IMG/VR virus record: IMGVR_UViG_3300017655_000275
Source: a virus
Lineage: Duplodnaviria; Heunggongvirae; Uroviricota; Caudoviricetes
DNA: 64,000 nucleotides
Direction: 5' to 3' (one strand)
Under the pieces are notes generated by a model, which saw only the letters and a program-made list of their open reading frames with translations, did no database searches and had not been told where the DNA came from. Below are positions 28,389 to 40,795 of the stretch, piece after piece. Both the position numbers and the translations under genes were made by a program. Positions within the stretch are counted from its first letter, which is position 1, and each line of letters opens with the position of its first letter.

Positions 28389-29408
28389 ATGGGAGAACGA
28401 AACGTGAGGACTGACCACAAGGGTTTCGATTTCCCCGGGAACATGACGCTCCTTCGCAAGGCGATGCTGCCTGTCATGGCGCGGGTCAAGATTGCCAGGA
28501 CCGTACCGGAACGGGAGCAGATCATCGCGAAATCGCTCTCCCGGCTCAACCCCGAGGACCAGTTCTGGCCGGAGGCGCTGGCATCACTGCTTACCGAGAA
28601 TGGTGTCAAGGAAAGCGCCGATGCACATATCATGGCTCTGGCAGCCTTGATTTCCGCTGATCCGGAGGGTCTGTCGAGAATCATTTTGGAAATCACTCCC
28701 GGTCATCCCCTGGTCAAGGAGTTCCTTGACGGGATGTCCAGGGCTTCTCCTGAGTTCATGGAACGCCTTGCCAAGGGGCGGATGGACAGCGACCAGATAG
28801 CAATCAGGTGCTATCTCTGTCACCTGTTCAGGAGAGAAACGTCCAACATCTTCCAGATGTTCCTGATCGATGCGATGGCGCGCAAGCTGCCAGTGGGCTT
28901 GAAAACCTCTGTCCAGGAGGTCGTGGCGGACTTGCAGTCCCACCACCGCCCACCCGTCCCTCCGGAGGCCTGGGGCTATTGCCTTTATATCGGCGGCACT
29001 ACCACGCATCAGGCCTTTTATTTTACGGAGAACAGGAAAGAGCTCCGGGAAGAGTTGAAGAGAATCCTTCCAGCTTTCAGGAACGCGATGCCGGAGGCAA
29101 GCGACCTGGCCATCGCAAATGCGCTTGTCGCCACCCTGGCGGAAAGAAGCTCCTCAGGGGATGGGATCTCGGCCGGCAGCAAGGGTGCGGAACTCGCATC
29201 GGTTCTTCTCGATATGCCATTCATGGTCATACGAATTCGCAGGGAGGACGAGGGCACAATCACCGAGATCTATCCTGTCGAGGCGGAGAGCGTCGAGGAT
29301 GCCAGGCTCAAGGCGGCCAAACATCCGGTGCTGCAGACCCAGATGAAGGTCAGGCGGATGAAAGAGGTTCTCGACCCTCTGTTCGAGACAAGGAAAGGCG
29401 ATCACTGA
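28389..29408 (+). CDS. Hypothetical protein
   Basis: Long ORF upstream of ligA; start uncertain (28389 or 28443). Confidence 0.7.
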   Translation: MGERNVRTDHKGFDFPGNMTLLRKAMLPVMARVKIARTVPEREQIIAKSLSRLNPEDQFWPEALASLLTENGVKESADAHIMALAALISADPEGLSRIILEITPGHPLVKEFLDGMSRASPEFMERLAKGRMDSDQIAIRCYLCHLFRRETSNIFQMFLIDAMARKLPVGLKTSVQEVVADLQSHHRPPVPPEAWGYCLYIGGTTTHQAFYFTENRKELREELKRILPAFRNAMPEASDLAIANALVATLAERSSSGDGISAGSKGAELASVLLDMPFMVIRIRREDEGTITEIYPVEAESVEDARLKAAKHPVLQTQMKVRRMKEVLDPLFETRKGDH

Positions 29409-29428
29409 TCGCATTTCCAGGCCGATGA

Positions 29429-31570
<2,142 letters not shown>

Positions 31571-31652
31571 CCGGAAGGGTCAGGCATGTCCCTGCAAATT
31601 TCGCGATCCAGCATTACTCTCGTAGAGACAATGCGATCAGGAGCCTTTCGTT

Positions 31653-32792
31653 ATGTCTGAAAACGCACCCGCGTTTCTCGCACGGATAAAATCCGCAACA
31701 GAAAGAAGCGATGATCTTCCAGGTTTCATCCGGAATCTCGAGCAGGAGGGATTGCGGGTCAGGCCTTTCATCCAGGGTCGGGGAAAATGGAACGGACTTC
31801 GCATCGTCATGGGCGATCTGGCCACAAGTCCGATGCGACTGAGCGCCCATATTCCGAAATATGCCGAGATCCGGGCAAGCTATGACCGCCGACGCGACAC
31901 GGAAATGCTGAGGAATATCGCCCAGGCATTCGATCGCGACTTCGGCGAAGTGAAAGAACAGAATTTCACTGTGCTGTCCTCGCGCGACTTCCAGGATGCG
32001 ATCATGAATGCGGATATGGAACAAGCCAGGAGGGATGTTCCTGCCATCGACCCGGAAGTCTCTGAAGCGATCGCGGAGGTGAACGCGAATCCGATGAGCT
32101 TGAATGCGCGAGATTATGCAAGACTTCAGAGCGGTTACGACGGCTGGTCCCGGGCCCCGATCCGCCTCGTCGAGCACGTCTCGAACGATGCAATTGACGG
32201 AAACCAGGAAATTGCCGCAACTGTCGAGGGCTTGCCCCCGTCCAAAGGTTCATCTGTCCGCAGGTGGATCTGCCGTGGGCTCGAACCAGAACAGGCGTTG
32301 GCGATGATCGCGACAAGGACGCTTGCAGCGAATTCGATGATCACGCAGGGCCTCGCGAGTTTCATCCAGCAACGAACCGGGAAGATCATAGACCGCTTCC
32401 ATATCATGCGGGAAGCAAGCGATCCCGTCACGGACCCGGCGGTCGCGCAGCAGGTTGCCATCATCAATGAGACCAACCCATCCCTCGACCATCAGCATTA
32501 TGCCGAACTCCGTTTCGGATCTGACGACTGGTCGAGAGCGCCATCCCGTCGCATCGCGATGGTCGCTCATGCCGCTGTCAAGGATCGTCCGGTCGTCGAA
32601 GATGCCTTGATGGAACTCGACCAACAGGCCCGCAAGGCCGCTCTTCGTTGGCTGTGTCGCGGCCTGGCGCCCGAGCATGTCGTTTGCATGACGGCCGCGC
32701 GGCAAGAACTCTATGGCAACCCGGTTCCAGAGAGGCTGAGGGACCTCGCCTCGAAATATTCATGCCCAACGCCCTCTCCTTCGATGGAGTGA
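31653..32792 (+). CDS. Hypothetical protein: N-terminal domain shared with the DnaQ extension plus two about 95-aa WSRAP/RWxCRGL repeats
   Basis: Internal duplication visible in the translation. Confidence 0.78.
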   Translation: MSENAPAFLARIKSATERSDDLPGFIRNLEQEGLRVRPFIQGRGKWNGLRIVMGDLATSPMRLSAHIPKYAEIRASYDRRRDTEMLRNIAQAFDRDFGEVKEQNFTVLSSRDFQDAIMNADMEQARRDVPAIDPEVSEAIAEVNANPMSLNARDYARLQSGYDGWSRAPIRLVEHVSNDAIDGNQEIAATVEGLPPSKGSSVRRWICRGLEPEQALAMIATRTLAANSMITQGLASFIQQRTGKIIDRFHIMREASDPVTDPAVAQQVAIINETNPSLDHQHYAELRFGSDDWSRAPSRRIAMVAHAAVKDRPVVEDALMELDQQARKAALRWLCRGLAPEHVVCMTAARQELYGNPVPERLRDLASKYSCPTPSPSME

Positions 32793-32797
32793 CGGCG

Positions 32798-33211
32798 ATG
32801 TATGAGAAAGCGAGTGTGCATCAATTTTTTCGCGATGTTACGGGCAAGCCGTTCCACTCCGACCGGTCTGCAACCCGGATGCTCAACATACTGATGGCGG
32901 AGAATGACTACCTGGATGTCGAAATCCCGATCAATCGTCTCAATGCGACCCAGGACGAGGTCAATGCCGATTACCTCGACGCGGCGAAAAAGCGCATGGG
33001 GGATGGAAGGGATCTGCCGGCCGTCGTCAAGTATCAAGGAAGCTACTATGTCGCCGATGGCCACCACCGCCTTATGGCCGCAGCGACAAGCGGGGCCGTT
33101 CAGGCGAGGGTTCGCCTCTTCGATCTGGATTGCGATACCCAACTCGATTTCCCGCTCCTGGATGTGCTGGACCAGGATGTGGACAAGGAAATGGTGCAGG
33201 ATCCCTGGTGA
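32798..33211 (+). CDS. Small stand-alone ParB/Srx-like domain protein
   Basis: IPINRLNATQ, PAVV, YVADGHHRLMAA. Confidence 0.75.
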   Translation: MYEKASVHQFFRDVTGKPFHSDRSATRMLNILMAENDYLDVEIPINRLNATQDEVNADYLDAAKKRMGDGRDLPAVVKYQGSYYVADGHHRLMAAATSGAVQARVRLFDLDCDTQLDFPLLDVLDQDVDKEMVQDPW

Positions 33212-33267
33212 GACTCTGGAGAAGCCATGGCAACGGGCCCGCTGCAAAGGCAGCGGGCCTGATGTGA

Positions 33268-34458
33268 TCATGGCCTGTTCATCGCCGAAATCCGGTCCAT
33301 CGCCTCGCCGACGGGCAGGCTATCCTTGCGGCCGCCCATCTGCAGCATCAGCTTGCCTTCGGACATCTCCCTTGCACCGATCACCACAGAGACGGGAATA
33401 TTCCTCTCATGCACGGAGACCAGTCTGCGGCCAAGGCTTTCGGCGCCATCAAAGACCCGCGCCTGCAGACCGGCTTGCTCAAGACGGGAACAAATCGACC
33501 TGGCTTCCTGTTGTTGCCCCTCTCCGATCGGAAGAACCGCAACCTGCTCGGGCGCAAGCCAGAAGGGCAGACATCCCTCATGATGCTCGAGAAGGATGCC
33601 GATCATGCGGCCCATCGATCCGAGAACGGCATGATGCAGCATGACCGGCACCTGGCGTTCATTGTCGCTGTCCACATACGAGGCTCCCAGCCGCCCGGGC
33701 AGAACCATGTCAAGCTGGATGGTCCCGCACTGCCATGAGCGGCCCTGTCGATCCTTCAGCGCGAATTCGAGCTTGGGCCCGTAGAATGCGCCTTCTCCCG
33801 GCTGGATCTCCGGCTCAAGCCCGCAGGATCTCGCTGCAGCCAGAAGTTGGCTTTCGGCCTGATCCCAATCCTTGTCGGAACCGGCCCGGATATTCGGGCG
33901 CAGGGAAAGCGCTACGGAAAACTCATCGAAGCCGAGGCTCCTGTAAACTTCCGAAAGCATGTCGACGAAGCGCTTGACCTCGCTCTCGACCTGCCGGGGC
34001 ATCAGCAGAACATGGGCATCATCCTGCTCGAAGGCCCGGGTCCGCATGAGACCGTGCATGGAGCCGGAAGGTTCGTCGCGATGGCAACTCCCGAACTCCG
34101 CATATCGGACCGGAAGGTCGCGCCATGAATGATGCCCATGATTGAAGATCTGGATGTGACAAGGGCAGGACATGGGCTTCAGCGCCATCTCGCGCCCGCC
34201 GTCCTTCGCTGGCATCGCGAACATGTTTTCGCCGAACTTCTCCCAATGTCCGGATTTCTCCCAGAGGGAGCGCGGAAGAAGCTGGGGCGAGCGGACTTCC
34301 TGATAACCAAGGCTGCGCATCCAGCTCCGGATATGCTCTTCGAGCTTGCGGTAGATACGCAAGCCCGGCCCATGCCAATAAACCATCCCGGGCGCGTCCT
34401 CCTCCATATGATAGAGGCCGAGCCTTCGTGCGATGATGCGATGATCGTTCTGTTCCAT
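33268..34458 (-). CDS. thrS: Short threonyl-tRNA synthetase (catalytic and anticodon domains, no N-terminal editing domains)
   Basis: LKPMSCPCH, FGSCHRDEPSG...RTRAFEQDDAH, GAFYGPKL, WQCGTIQLD. Confidence 0.95.
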   Translation of the reverse strand: MEQNDHRIIARRLGLYHMEEDAPGMVYWHGPGLRIYRKLEEHIRSWMRSLGYQEVRSPQLLPRSLWEKSGHWEKFGENMFAMPAKDGGREMALKPMSCPCHIQIFNHGHHSWRDLPVRYAEFGSCHRDEPSGSMHGLMRTRAFEQDDAHVLLMPRQVESEVKRFVDMLSEVYRSLGFDEFSVALSLRPNIRAGSDKDWDQAESQLLAAARSCGLEPEIQPGEGAFYGPKLEFALKDRQGRSWQCGTIQLDMVLPGRLGASYVDSDNERQVPVMLHHAVLGSMGRMIGILLEHHEGCLPFWLAPEQVAVLPIGEGQQQEARSICSRLEQAGLQARVFDGAESLGRRLVSVHERNIPVSVVIGAREMSEGKLMLQMGGRKDSLPVGEAMDRISAMNRP

Positions 34459-34518
34459 GTCCGTGTCCTAGATTGTCGAGGGGAAGGGCCGGACAAGAGC
34501 CAGGGTCGGAAATGGCGA

Positions 34519-34605
34519 ACCCCCGCGCGGTTGTCCGGCGGGGGTCGGGGTCGCTATACGAGCGCGCTGCTCACAAATCGACCGGCCACCGCAGGTTGGC
34601 GGTGG
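34519..34605 (-). promoter_or_regulatory. Attenuator hairpins of the thrS leader
   Basis: Hairpin CCACCGC/GCGGTGG over the Thr codons; GGTCG/CGACC antiterminator overlaps the ACCCCCGC/GCGGGGGT terminator stem. Confidence 0.65.
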
Positions 34606-34642
34606 TGGTTGTCGTGAGAAGGGATGCGATCGGGTTTGACAT
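34571..34642 (-). CDS. Thr-rich leader peptide MSNPIASLLTTTTTANLRWPVDL
   Basis: Five consecutive Thr codons upstream of thrS; ATG at the predicted +1 (leaderless). Confidence 0.8.
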   Translation of the reverse strand: MSNPIASLLTTTTTANLRWPVDL

Positions 34643-34648
34643 GCCCAG

Positions 34649-34677
34649 AACGTAAAAGGTGCAAGGCAGGCTGTCAA
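34649..34677 (-). promoter_or_regulatory. sigma70 promoter of the thrS leader
   Basis: TTGACA-N17-TACGTT, then 6 nt, then ATG. Confidence 0.8.
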
Positions 34678-34768
34678 GTTTTCTCATGCGATTTTTTTCC
34701 ATCTCGACGAATGATGCTCGAGATCGGATGGGTTGTGTGTCGAGGTGCTGTCGACACACCATATGTGG

Positions 34769-34829
34769 CATGAACCTCCCCCACCAATACAGCGGCTTGG
34801 AGGGGGCTTGTCGCGACGTGGTTGGTCAG
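34769..34829 (+). repeat. About 62-bp structured intergenic element, copy 2
   Basis: Matches 25545-25607 in inverted orientation. Confidence 0.85.
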
Positions 34830-36925
34830 GGAACCGGAGCCGGTTGTATCTGAACCTCGAAATGTCGAGATCTGATCTCGTCCCTCAGCCTGTCGAAACC
34901 TGGACCAGCCAGGGCTGCCTCCCAGTCTTCGACACACCTCCCGGAAAGACTTTCCGGGAGATAGGGGCGGATCGAAGCAAGGATCTTCTCGGGAAGATCC
35001 GGATCGGTAAGGTTGGCACCGAATTCCGAGAGCATCTTCGCAAATTCGTTGCGGATCTGTCCATCGCCCAACAGGTGGTAGTCCATGTATTTGTTCACTT
35101 GTGCCGCAGGGATCCTGTCGAGCAAGGAGATAACCGCATTTGCGGCATCTTCTGCGATATCGCAGGGGTCTTCATTATGAGCCGCCATGTTCTGTTCGCA
35201 GTCCCAGGACCATCTGTCCTTGCCACGGACAGGACGGCCTGTGAATTCAGCGGTGGACAGGATCTCTCCACCCTGTTCTTCGATCGACATGACGATCGTC
35301 AGGTCTTTGCGCTCTCTCGCGGAATCCATGACCTTTCTGGCATAAGATGCCACGCAATGGCCCTCAAGTTCGCCCTGCTGGACGAAATCTGCGGTCGAGA
35401 CCATCTCCCGCGCGTTCAAACCGCCGATTTCAACCGTTCCAAGCAAGGGCTTCCAGGAAAGATCGCTTGTCTCTGCCATGAGCCTGGATTCGATATTGGT
35501 CGCCTGCCGGTGCCAGAGAGCGCTGGCCTCTTTCAGCTGCTTGTAGGTCATCAACCCCGTGGCATGAATCGCCACAGGTTCGACAACGCTCTCGGACAGC
35601 CTGGCAGCATGGCCCTTCAGCGCCGTCATGAAATCCCTCATCCGAAGGCTTTCCTCTTCTGAAATCGGCTTTCCGTTCAGAATCGAATTCCCGATCTCAT
35701 GAAGATCATAAAGCGCCGGGCCCGCAGCCTGCCGGATGGCACTCGACAACAGGGTATTTTCTACGGATCTCCTCAGAAAACCGGTGAAATCCGCAACGTG
35801 ACGCAGGAGGCCGGTGTTGAGCGACTTGACCTCGTATTGCAGATCCTCGGTCTCCAATCTGCGCATCCGCGACCCGAAGACATCGATCGAGACACTGGCG
35901 CGTTCAGAGGCGAAGGAAAGGGACCAGATCGTTGCCATCCGTCTGAGGACCTGATCGACCGGATCGCCAGGCTGACGATCCGGCATCAGATGTTTCATTC
36001 CAGTCCGGGGAATGGTGGAGGACTTCGGGGGCGCCGGAGAAACCACCGAGGTGGGCAACGCGCCCCTGGCTGCGGAAAGCCCAAGCAATGATCCGTTCCT
36101 GGACAGTGTCAGGGCCGCCTCCAGCATCTGTTTCGTCGGATCGGCTGGCCTGGTCTTGCCCTTGACCACCTTATGGCGGCAGAACTCCTCTTCCAGGGTG
36201 TGGATCGAGGATATTCTTTTTTCCGCATACAACTCTCCGGCAAGAAGCTGGTTCAGCCTCGAAAACGCCCGGGCTTGTTCAGGCAGAAGCCGGTAAGCGT
36301 CTGCAACGACCGGAAGTAATTCCTCCCGCCGGTCGATCGCCATGACCAGATCCCTGTTACCGCCGGCGATCATGCCGCTCGACAGCAGAGGAAAGGACAT
36401 GAGGGCCTGGGCCCTGGCTTCGGTATCTCCGGAGGTGAGAAACCTGAGCCCACGCCTGAGCTCATATTGATGCAGATGATCCAGGCCCGTCAGGGCTTTC
36501 CTTCCGATCTCCGGGAGGTGACGATCGATGAAGCTCGCCACCTCCGGACGGAAAGGCTCGAAGGTTTCGAAATCATATTCAGCTTTCCCAAAAACGGCTT
36601 TATAGAGAAATTCCCACGGAAAACCACCACCGTCGATTTTCCCGGATTCATTCATCTCGAAAAGATCTGGCATATCGGACTGGAGCAGACCATCCATTGG
36701 AACGCCCGCCGTCACCTCCAGGCGATGGTCGATGTATCCAGGCAGATCCGTGATGGAACCCGGATCCTTCAACGAATAGCAGCAGAGCGAAAACAGGCCG
36801 ATCCGTGCCGAATGCCCGACAACGAAGAACCGGTCCTTACCCTTGCTGTCAGGCCTCTGGATAATCATCAGATCCTCCAGATTTCTGAGTTCACCTTTTC
36901 CGAACCTGGAAATCTCTTGCGACAT
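34826..36925 (-). CDS. Large protein with C-terminal PcfJ-like domain
   Basis: QQGELEGHCVASYARKV followed by LSTAEF, resembling the PcfJ EGxxxxHCVxSY motif. Confidence 0.65.
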   Translation of the reverse strand: MSQEISRFGKGELRNLEDLMIIQRPDSKGKDRFFVVGHSARIGLFSLCCYSLKDPGSITDLPGYIDHRLEVTAGVPMDGLLQSDMPDLFEMNESGKIDGGGFPWEFLYKAVFGKAEYDFETFEPFRPEVASFIDRHLPEIGRKALTGLDHLHQYELRRGLRFLTSGDTEARAQALMSFPLLSSGMIAGGNRDLVMAIDRREELLPVVADAYRLLPEQARAFSRLNQLLAGELYAEKRISSIHTLEEEFCRHKVVKGKTRPADPTKQMLEAALTLSRNGSLLGLSAARGALPTSVVSPAPPKSSTIPRTGMKHLMPDRQPGDPVDQVLRRMATIWSLSFASERASVSIDVFGSRMRRLETEDLQYEVKSLNTGLLRHVADFTGFLRRSVENTLLSSAIRQAAGPALYDLHEIGNSILNGKPISEEESLRMRDFMTALKGHAARLSESVVEPVAIHATGLMTYKQLKEASALWHRQATNIESRLMAETSDLSWKPLLGTVEIGGLNAREMVSTADFVQQGELEGHCVASYARKVMDSARERKDLTIVMSIEEQGGEILSTAEFTGRPVRGKDRWSWDCEQNMAAHNEDPCDIAEDAANAVISLLDRIPAAQVNKYMDYHLLGDGQIRNEFAKMLSEFGANLTDPDLPEKILASIRPYLPESLSGRCVEDWEAALAGPGFDRLRDEIRSRHFEVQIQPAPVP

Positions 36926-36946
36926 GGATACGCCTTTTCCGATGCG

Positions 36947-37705
36947 TCAGCCTGGAACGGGTCCAGCCGGTCCAGCACCTTCCAGTCTCTTCTCGAGATT
37001 GACGAATCCGCTCAACAGGTTCGCGGCATCGACAGGATCATGGACGGCCGCCGGCGTCAGTTCGAATTTGCCGTCAAGCCGGGAGAGCAGGACATCGCGG
37101 AGCAGAGCGCCGTTCAGGACAACCGTCTCACCATCCGCAAGCGCCTCGTTGATCTCGCCGGCCTTCAACGGATAGTCGCAGAAAGCCTTGGCTCCCCGCG
37201 CATCGGCGATGGCATAGGCCTCATGGGGATTGACGGCAATGATGGCAAGTCCGGGCATATCCCGGGAGTTGTTGCGTTCGACCGCCTCGAAGAGCGCACT
37301 TCCAAGCTTCTGATCGGCTCTACGGTTTCTGAATGGGCTATCCGCGATCAGCATTTCAACGAACGGCTGTCCGGTTCTGTCTATCGAATTTGCCCGAAGG
37401 TCCGAATGTCCAGCATGATAGGGACGTCGACCTTCGATCTGGGCGCGGAGCGCATGATGAGCCGGATTGCTCGACAGGTCATCGTCAAGAATCGTCTCGA
37501 CATCGACTCCCTCGGGGAACTTCCATCCGGTAAACAACTGCTGCGCGTTGACGACGGAATCGCGCCCTTCCCTGATCGCTTCGATCAGCTTTGGCGTGTC
37601 CGAACTGCCATTGGCACGGAACGGTTTCGACAGACCCTCGGAGGCCAATCGCCTCTCCCACTCATCCATCGAAGCCTTCGAAAGGCAAAAAGCTACTCTG
37701 ACCAT
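36947..37705 (-). CDS. Hypothetical protein
   Basis: Probable start MVRVAF behind AAGGAG. Confidence 0.7.
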   Translation of the reverse strand: MVRVAFCLSKASMDEWERRLASEGLSKPFRANGSSDTPKLIEAIREGRDSVVNAQQLFTGWKFPEGVDVETILDDDLSSNPAHHALRAQIEGRRPYHAGHSDLRANSIDRTGQPFVEMLIADSPFRNRRADQKLGSALFEAVERNNSRDMPGLAIIAVNPHEAYAIADARGAKAFCDYPLKAGEINEALADGETVVLNGALLRDVLLSRLDGKFELTPAAVHDPVDAANLLSGFVNLEKRLEGAGPAGPVPG

Positions 37706-37786
37706 CGCCGACTCCTTTTTCCGCTTGATGAGAGTAGGCACAGCACGAGAAAAAGGAAATGCGCAACATCCAGCTGCACATTTCAA

Positions 37787-38602
37787 TCACAATGCGAGCT
37801 CCGGCTCGCAGGCGATAAGCCGGACATGCACTGCCTTGGCATATTCCTGGGGATCGGCCAGATAGGTATCGAAACCGCCAGGCGGCGCCGCGGCGACGGA
37901 TTCGACATGCCCGGTCACCTGATCTCCATGGAAGGAAAGTCCGACATCGATCGCCCCGCTCTCAAGGGGATAGCGGGTAAGAAAATCATCGACTGCTGTT
38001 CGCTGCGTTTCTCGCCAGGCCCCTGGAGCCTGCGAAGGTTTCGCGTTGAAATCCCTGCATTGGAAGTCCAGCTCGTCACCGGACAGGCGAAAGGCACCGG
38101 CCATGCGAAAGGTCACGGGTGTCTCCGCTGCCACATCTCCACCAACAACCAGGAACCTGCGGTAATGGCTCAGATCTCGATTGATCTGGACAAGGACCTC
38201 GTCGGGGGTTCCGATCGCCTGATCGTGCTGGGCAAAGACATCCTTTTGGGTCGTGTAGCGAATACGGTCCACCGGGCCCGACATGTTGCGCAAAATCGCC
38301 CCTGATCCCCGCGCTGACAGCACGGACAGGACGGCATCCACAGCGTTCCTGGGGACGATCTCCCCTCCGATAGCATGGAGAACAGCGGAATTCCGATATA
38401 CTTCGATCTGCTTCGACAGGCGGGACCGGTCCATGTGGAGAGGATCACGGCCCCAGAGAATTGCGCCCTGAGGGGGCGTTCTGAAGCTGTCCATACTTTC
38501 GAGGCCTTCGCCAAGGGCCATCGAAAGATGATGATAGAGCATAGCGTCGGCGAGCCTCACTTCGGACTCTGCACTGTTTTCCAGCATGTAGATGATCTTC
38601 AC
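37787..38602 (-). CDS. Possible divergent ATP-grasp (DUF4343-like) protein
   Basis: YRRFLVVGGDV, GAIDVGL and TYLADP segments loosely resemble ATP-grasp C-terminal motifs. Confidence 0.4.
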   Translation of the reverse strand: MKIIYMLENSAESEVRLADAMLYHHLSMALGEGLESMDSFRTPPQGAILWGRDPLHMDRSRLSKQIEVYRNSAVLHAIGGEIVPRNAVDAVLSVLSARGSGAILRNMSGPVDRIRYTTQKDVFAQHDQAIGTPDEVLVQINRDLSHYRRFLVVGGDVAAETPVTFRMAGAFRLSGDELDFQCRDFNAKPSQAPGAWRETQRTAVDDFLTRYPLESGAIDVGLSFHGDQVTGHVESVAAAPPGGFDTYLADPQEYAKAVHVRLIACEPELAL

Positions 38603-38971
38603 CGGTTCGCTCCGCTATGCATGATGCGAAAATATCCAACCAAAGCAGCCAAGACAATCATTATTGTTCGCCAGCCCAAACGGCGACTACTGGAAATGCC
38701 TCCTGGGCCGGAATCATTAAAAAACACTGGAAATGCCGCCCCTCTTGAGGTAACTTTTTCGAGAGGTCCAACAGTTACATCCTCCGGCTTTCACTTCCAC
38801 CGATCCGATACCCTGTCGCCCTGCAATTAGAAATTGCATGACCCACTGCGAGTATACTCTCCGGGTGGCGCATTTCGCCTGTCCGATTTGAAGTGAATAG
38901 CTCCTCGGATTTCTGCCTTAGGGGATGATTTCGGGAAGAATCCATCTGTAAATGATGAAACGAGGTGTGTG

Positions 38972-40744
38972 ATGAAGTTACTGCGCTTTGCGGCATTTAT
39001 TTCGGCGACCTTTTCATTCGGCAGTTATGCTTACGGGCAGGACACCCCTGTTAACGTAAAGACACTCATGGCCGATACATCGAATGTGAAGAGCCGGGTC
39101 AGCATTCCGTTTCTGAACAACGCCAGCATCACATTATATGGCGTAGATGATGATTATTTCTTCACTCCCAATCCACTTGCGGAATGGGCCACATTCAATG
39201 ACAGGGTTCAATCTTCATGCTCCGGGCAAGGTGGAGAGTCCGTCAATAGGGTTCCTCTTGACATATTGATGTATGACGACTCCATCATACCAGCACTTGC
39301 GAAGGGTGCAGGCGTGGGCGCTTCGCAAATCGGCCCAATTCCCTCCTATGCTTATTCGATATTCTACCGGATTGGTGACGATCCGGCTGTGTTGATCGAG
39401 ACCACTCTCAATGCCAAGACTCTCCTTGCCAATGAGAGCTTGACTTCCCTACGGGAAATTCCAAAAAGCTATAATGTCCTGGTCAAAGACACCTGTGACA
39501 GGCTTCAGGAAATAGGCCAATATGCAAGAATACTGGTCATCTTCCATGTCCTTGGAAATTCCTTCACCTCCAACTCATTCTCAGCCGAGGTAACGCTAAG
39601 AGATTCTGTCAAACTGGCTTTGAACGCAAATCAGGATGCCAAGGAAATCGATGAGCTGAAGATAACCTCCGCATCTTCCAGTTCGGGGTTCGGGCTTTCG
39701 ATCGGGCCCATTGACTTCAGCAACGCGAGCTCTGGTGGTGATACGACACGGAAGGTAACCCGTTATCGGAGCATCGATTCAGACTGGTCGCAGGGCGTTG
39801 TCGACAATGCCATGGCTACGATCAACATCAGCCAGGTCTGCAGCGGGGGGAGATGCGATGTCGGGAATGTCAGCAACCTACTGATGACTTTCCTGAACCA
39901 GTATATAACGACCTCCACCGCCCGCATAAACAAGATGGCAGATGACAGCATGAAGCTGTCGGTCGACAATATTCCGGGCGAGATCAAGATCAGTGTCTCA
40001 GAGGAACTGAAGGCGAAGCTTGAAACATTGTTGCAAAACTCGAACGGCCAGGAAGTAGAATACGATGGGGTGAAGGCCAAGAAGACGGATGACAATACTC
40101 TCCAGGTCGACGACGGGACGGAATGGAAACGAGATGGGGATGAGTGGATCCCGACATCCTTCAATATCAGACTGGTCAATGAAACTGCACTACAGCAGCA
40201 GCTGGACCTGAAATATTCCCAGGTCATTCTTGAAGGCAGTGAAGCGGTATCGGTCACCGGCGGTCAGCAGGAGGTTTTCAGACGCGATCAGCCGATGGGT
40301 GTCTTGCCGTTGACCTATGTTCAATCTGCCAATGACCTGAGCAAAAGAACGGAGGATTTGTCGAAGAAGGCAGATGCATTGTCAGCACGGATCGAGGGTA
40401 ACTCCGTTACGGATCTGTTGCCTCAGATTCAGGCTCAGGCAATCTGCACCGCAATCGCCTACCGGGATCGTCCGGGCTGGTCGACGGCTGTTCCGCGCAC
40501 ATGCAGCGCTTCATATCCGTCCTGTGCCGAAATATGTGCTGACCTGAAGAACAGATCGGATGATGCACAAGTGGATAGCTCGCCACAGAGGCATACATAC
40601 GGCGCATTGCATATTTATTCTGGTAACCCCGCGACCTCGCAGGCTGGCATTACCGGTTTGAAGACCTTCATCTATCCGGCAGGTGAGTTTGGGCGAAGGT
40701 TCTGCGGCCCCAATTTCTGTTGCTGCAAAAGCGACCATCCATAA
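38972..40744 (+). CDS. Secreted protein, about 590 aa, with coiled coil and C-terminal Cys-rich domain
   Basis: Signal peptide MKLLRFAAFISATFSFGSYAYG; ends CGPNFCCCKSDHP; visibly more AT-rich than flanks. Confidence 0.85.
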   Translation: MKLLRFAAFISATFSFGSYAYGQDTPVNVKTLMADTSNVKSRVSIPFLNNASITLYGVDDDYFFTPNPLAEWATFNDRVQSSCSGQGGESVNRVPLDILMYDDSIIPALAKGAGVGASQIGPIPSYAYSIFYRIGDDPAVLIETTLNAKTLLANESLTSLREIPKSYNVLVKDTCDRLQEIGQYARILVIFHVLGNSFTSNSFSAEVTLRDSVKLALNANQDAKEIDELKITSASSSSGFGLSIGPIDFSNASSGGDTTRKVTRYRSIDSDWSQGVVDNAMATINISQVCSGGRCDVGNVSNLLMTFLNQYITTSTARINKMADDSMKLSVDNIPGEIKISVSEELKAKLETLLQNSNGQEVEYDGVKAKKTDDNTLQVDDGTEWKRDGDEWIPTSFNIRLVNETALQQQLDLKYSQVILEGSEAVSVTGGQQEVFRRDQPMGVLPLTYVQSANDLSKRTEDLSKKADALSARIEGNSVTDLLPQIQAQAICTAIAYRDRPGWSTAVPRTCSASYPSCAEICADLKNRSDDAQVDSSPQRHTYGALHIYSGNPATSQAGITGLKTFIYPAGEFGRRFCGPNFCCCKSDHP

Positions 40745-40795
40745 TCGATCCATGTGTCCATGTTCCTTCTCAATCATTAATTTCGGGGAGCTCCC

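Noticed and set aside
36467-38305. 612-aa plus-strand ORF and other long overlapping ORFs (14325-15668, 21073-22161, 54447-55580, 58759-60036, 27511-28407)
   Set aside because: Antisense shadows of well-supported genes in GC-rich DNA, with no recognisable motifs
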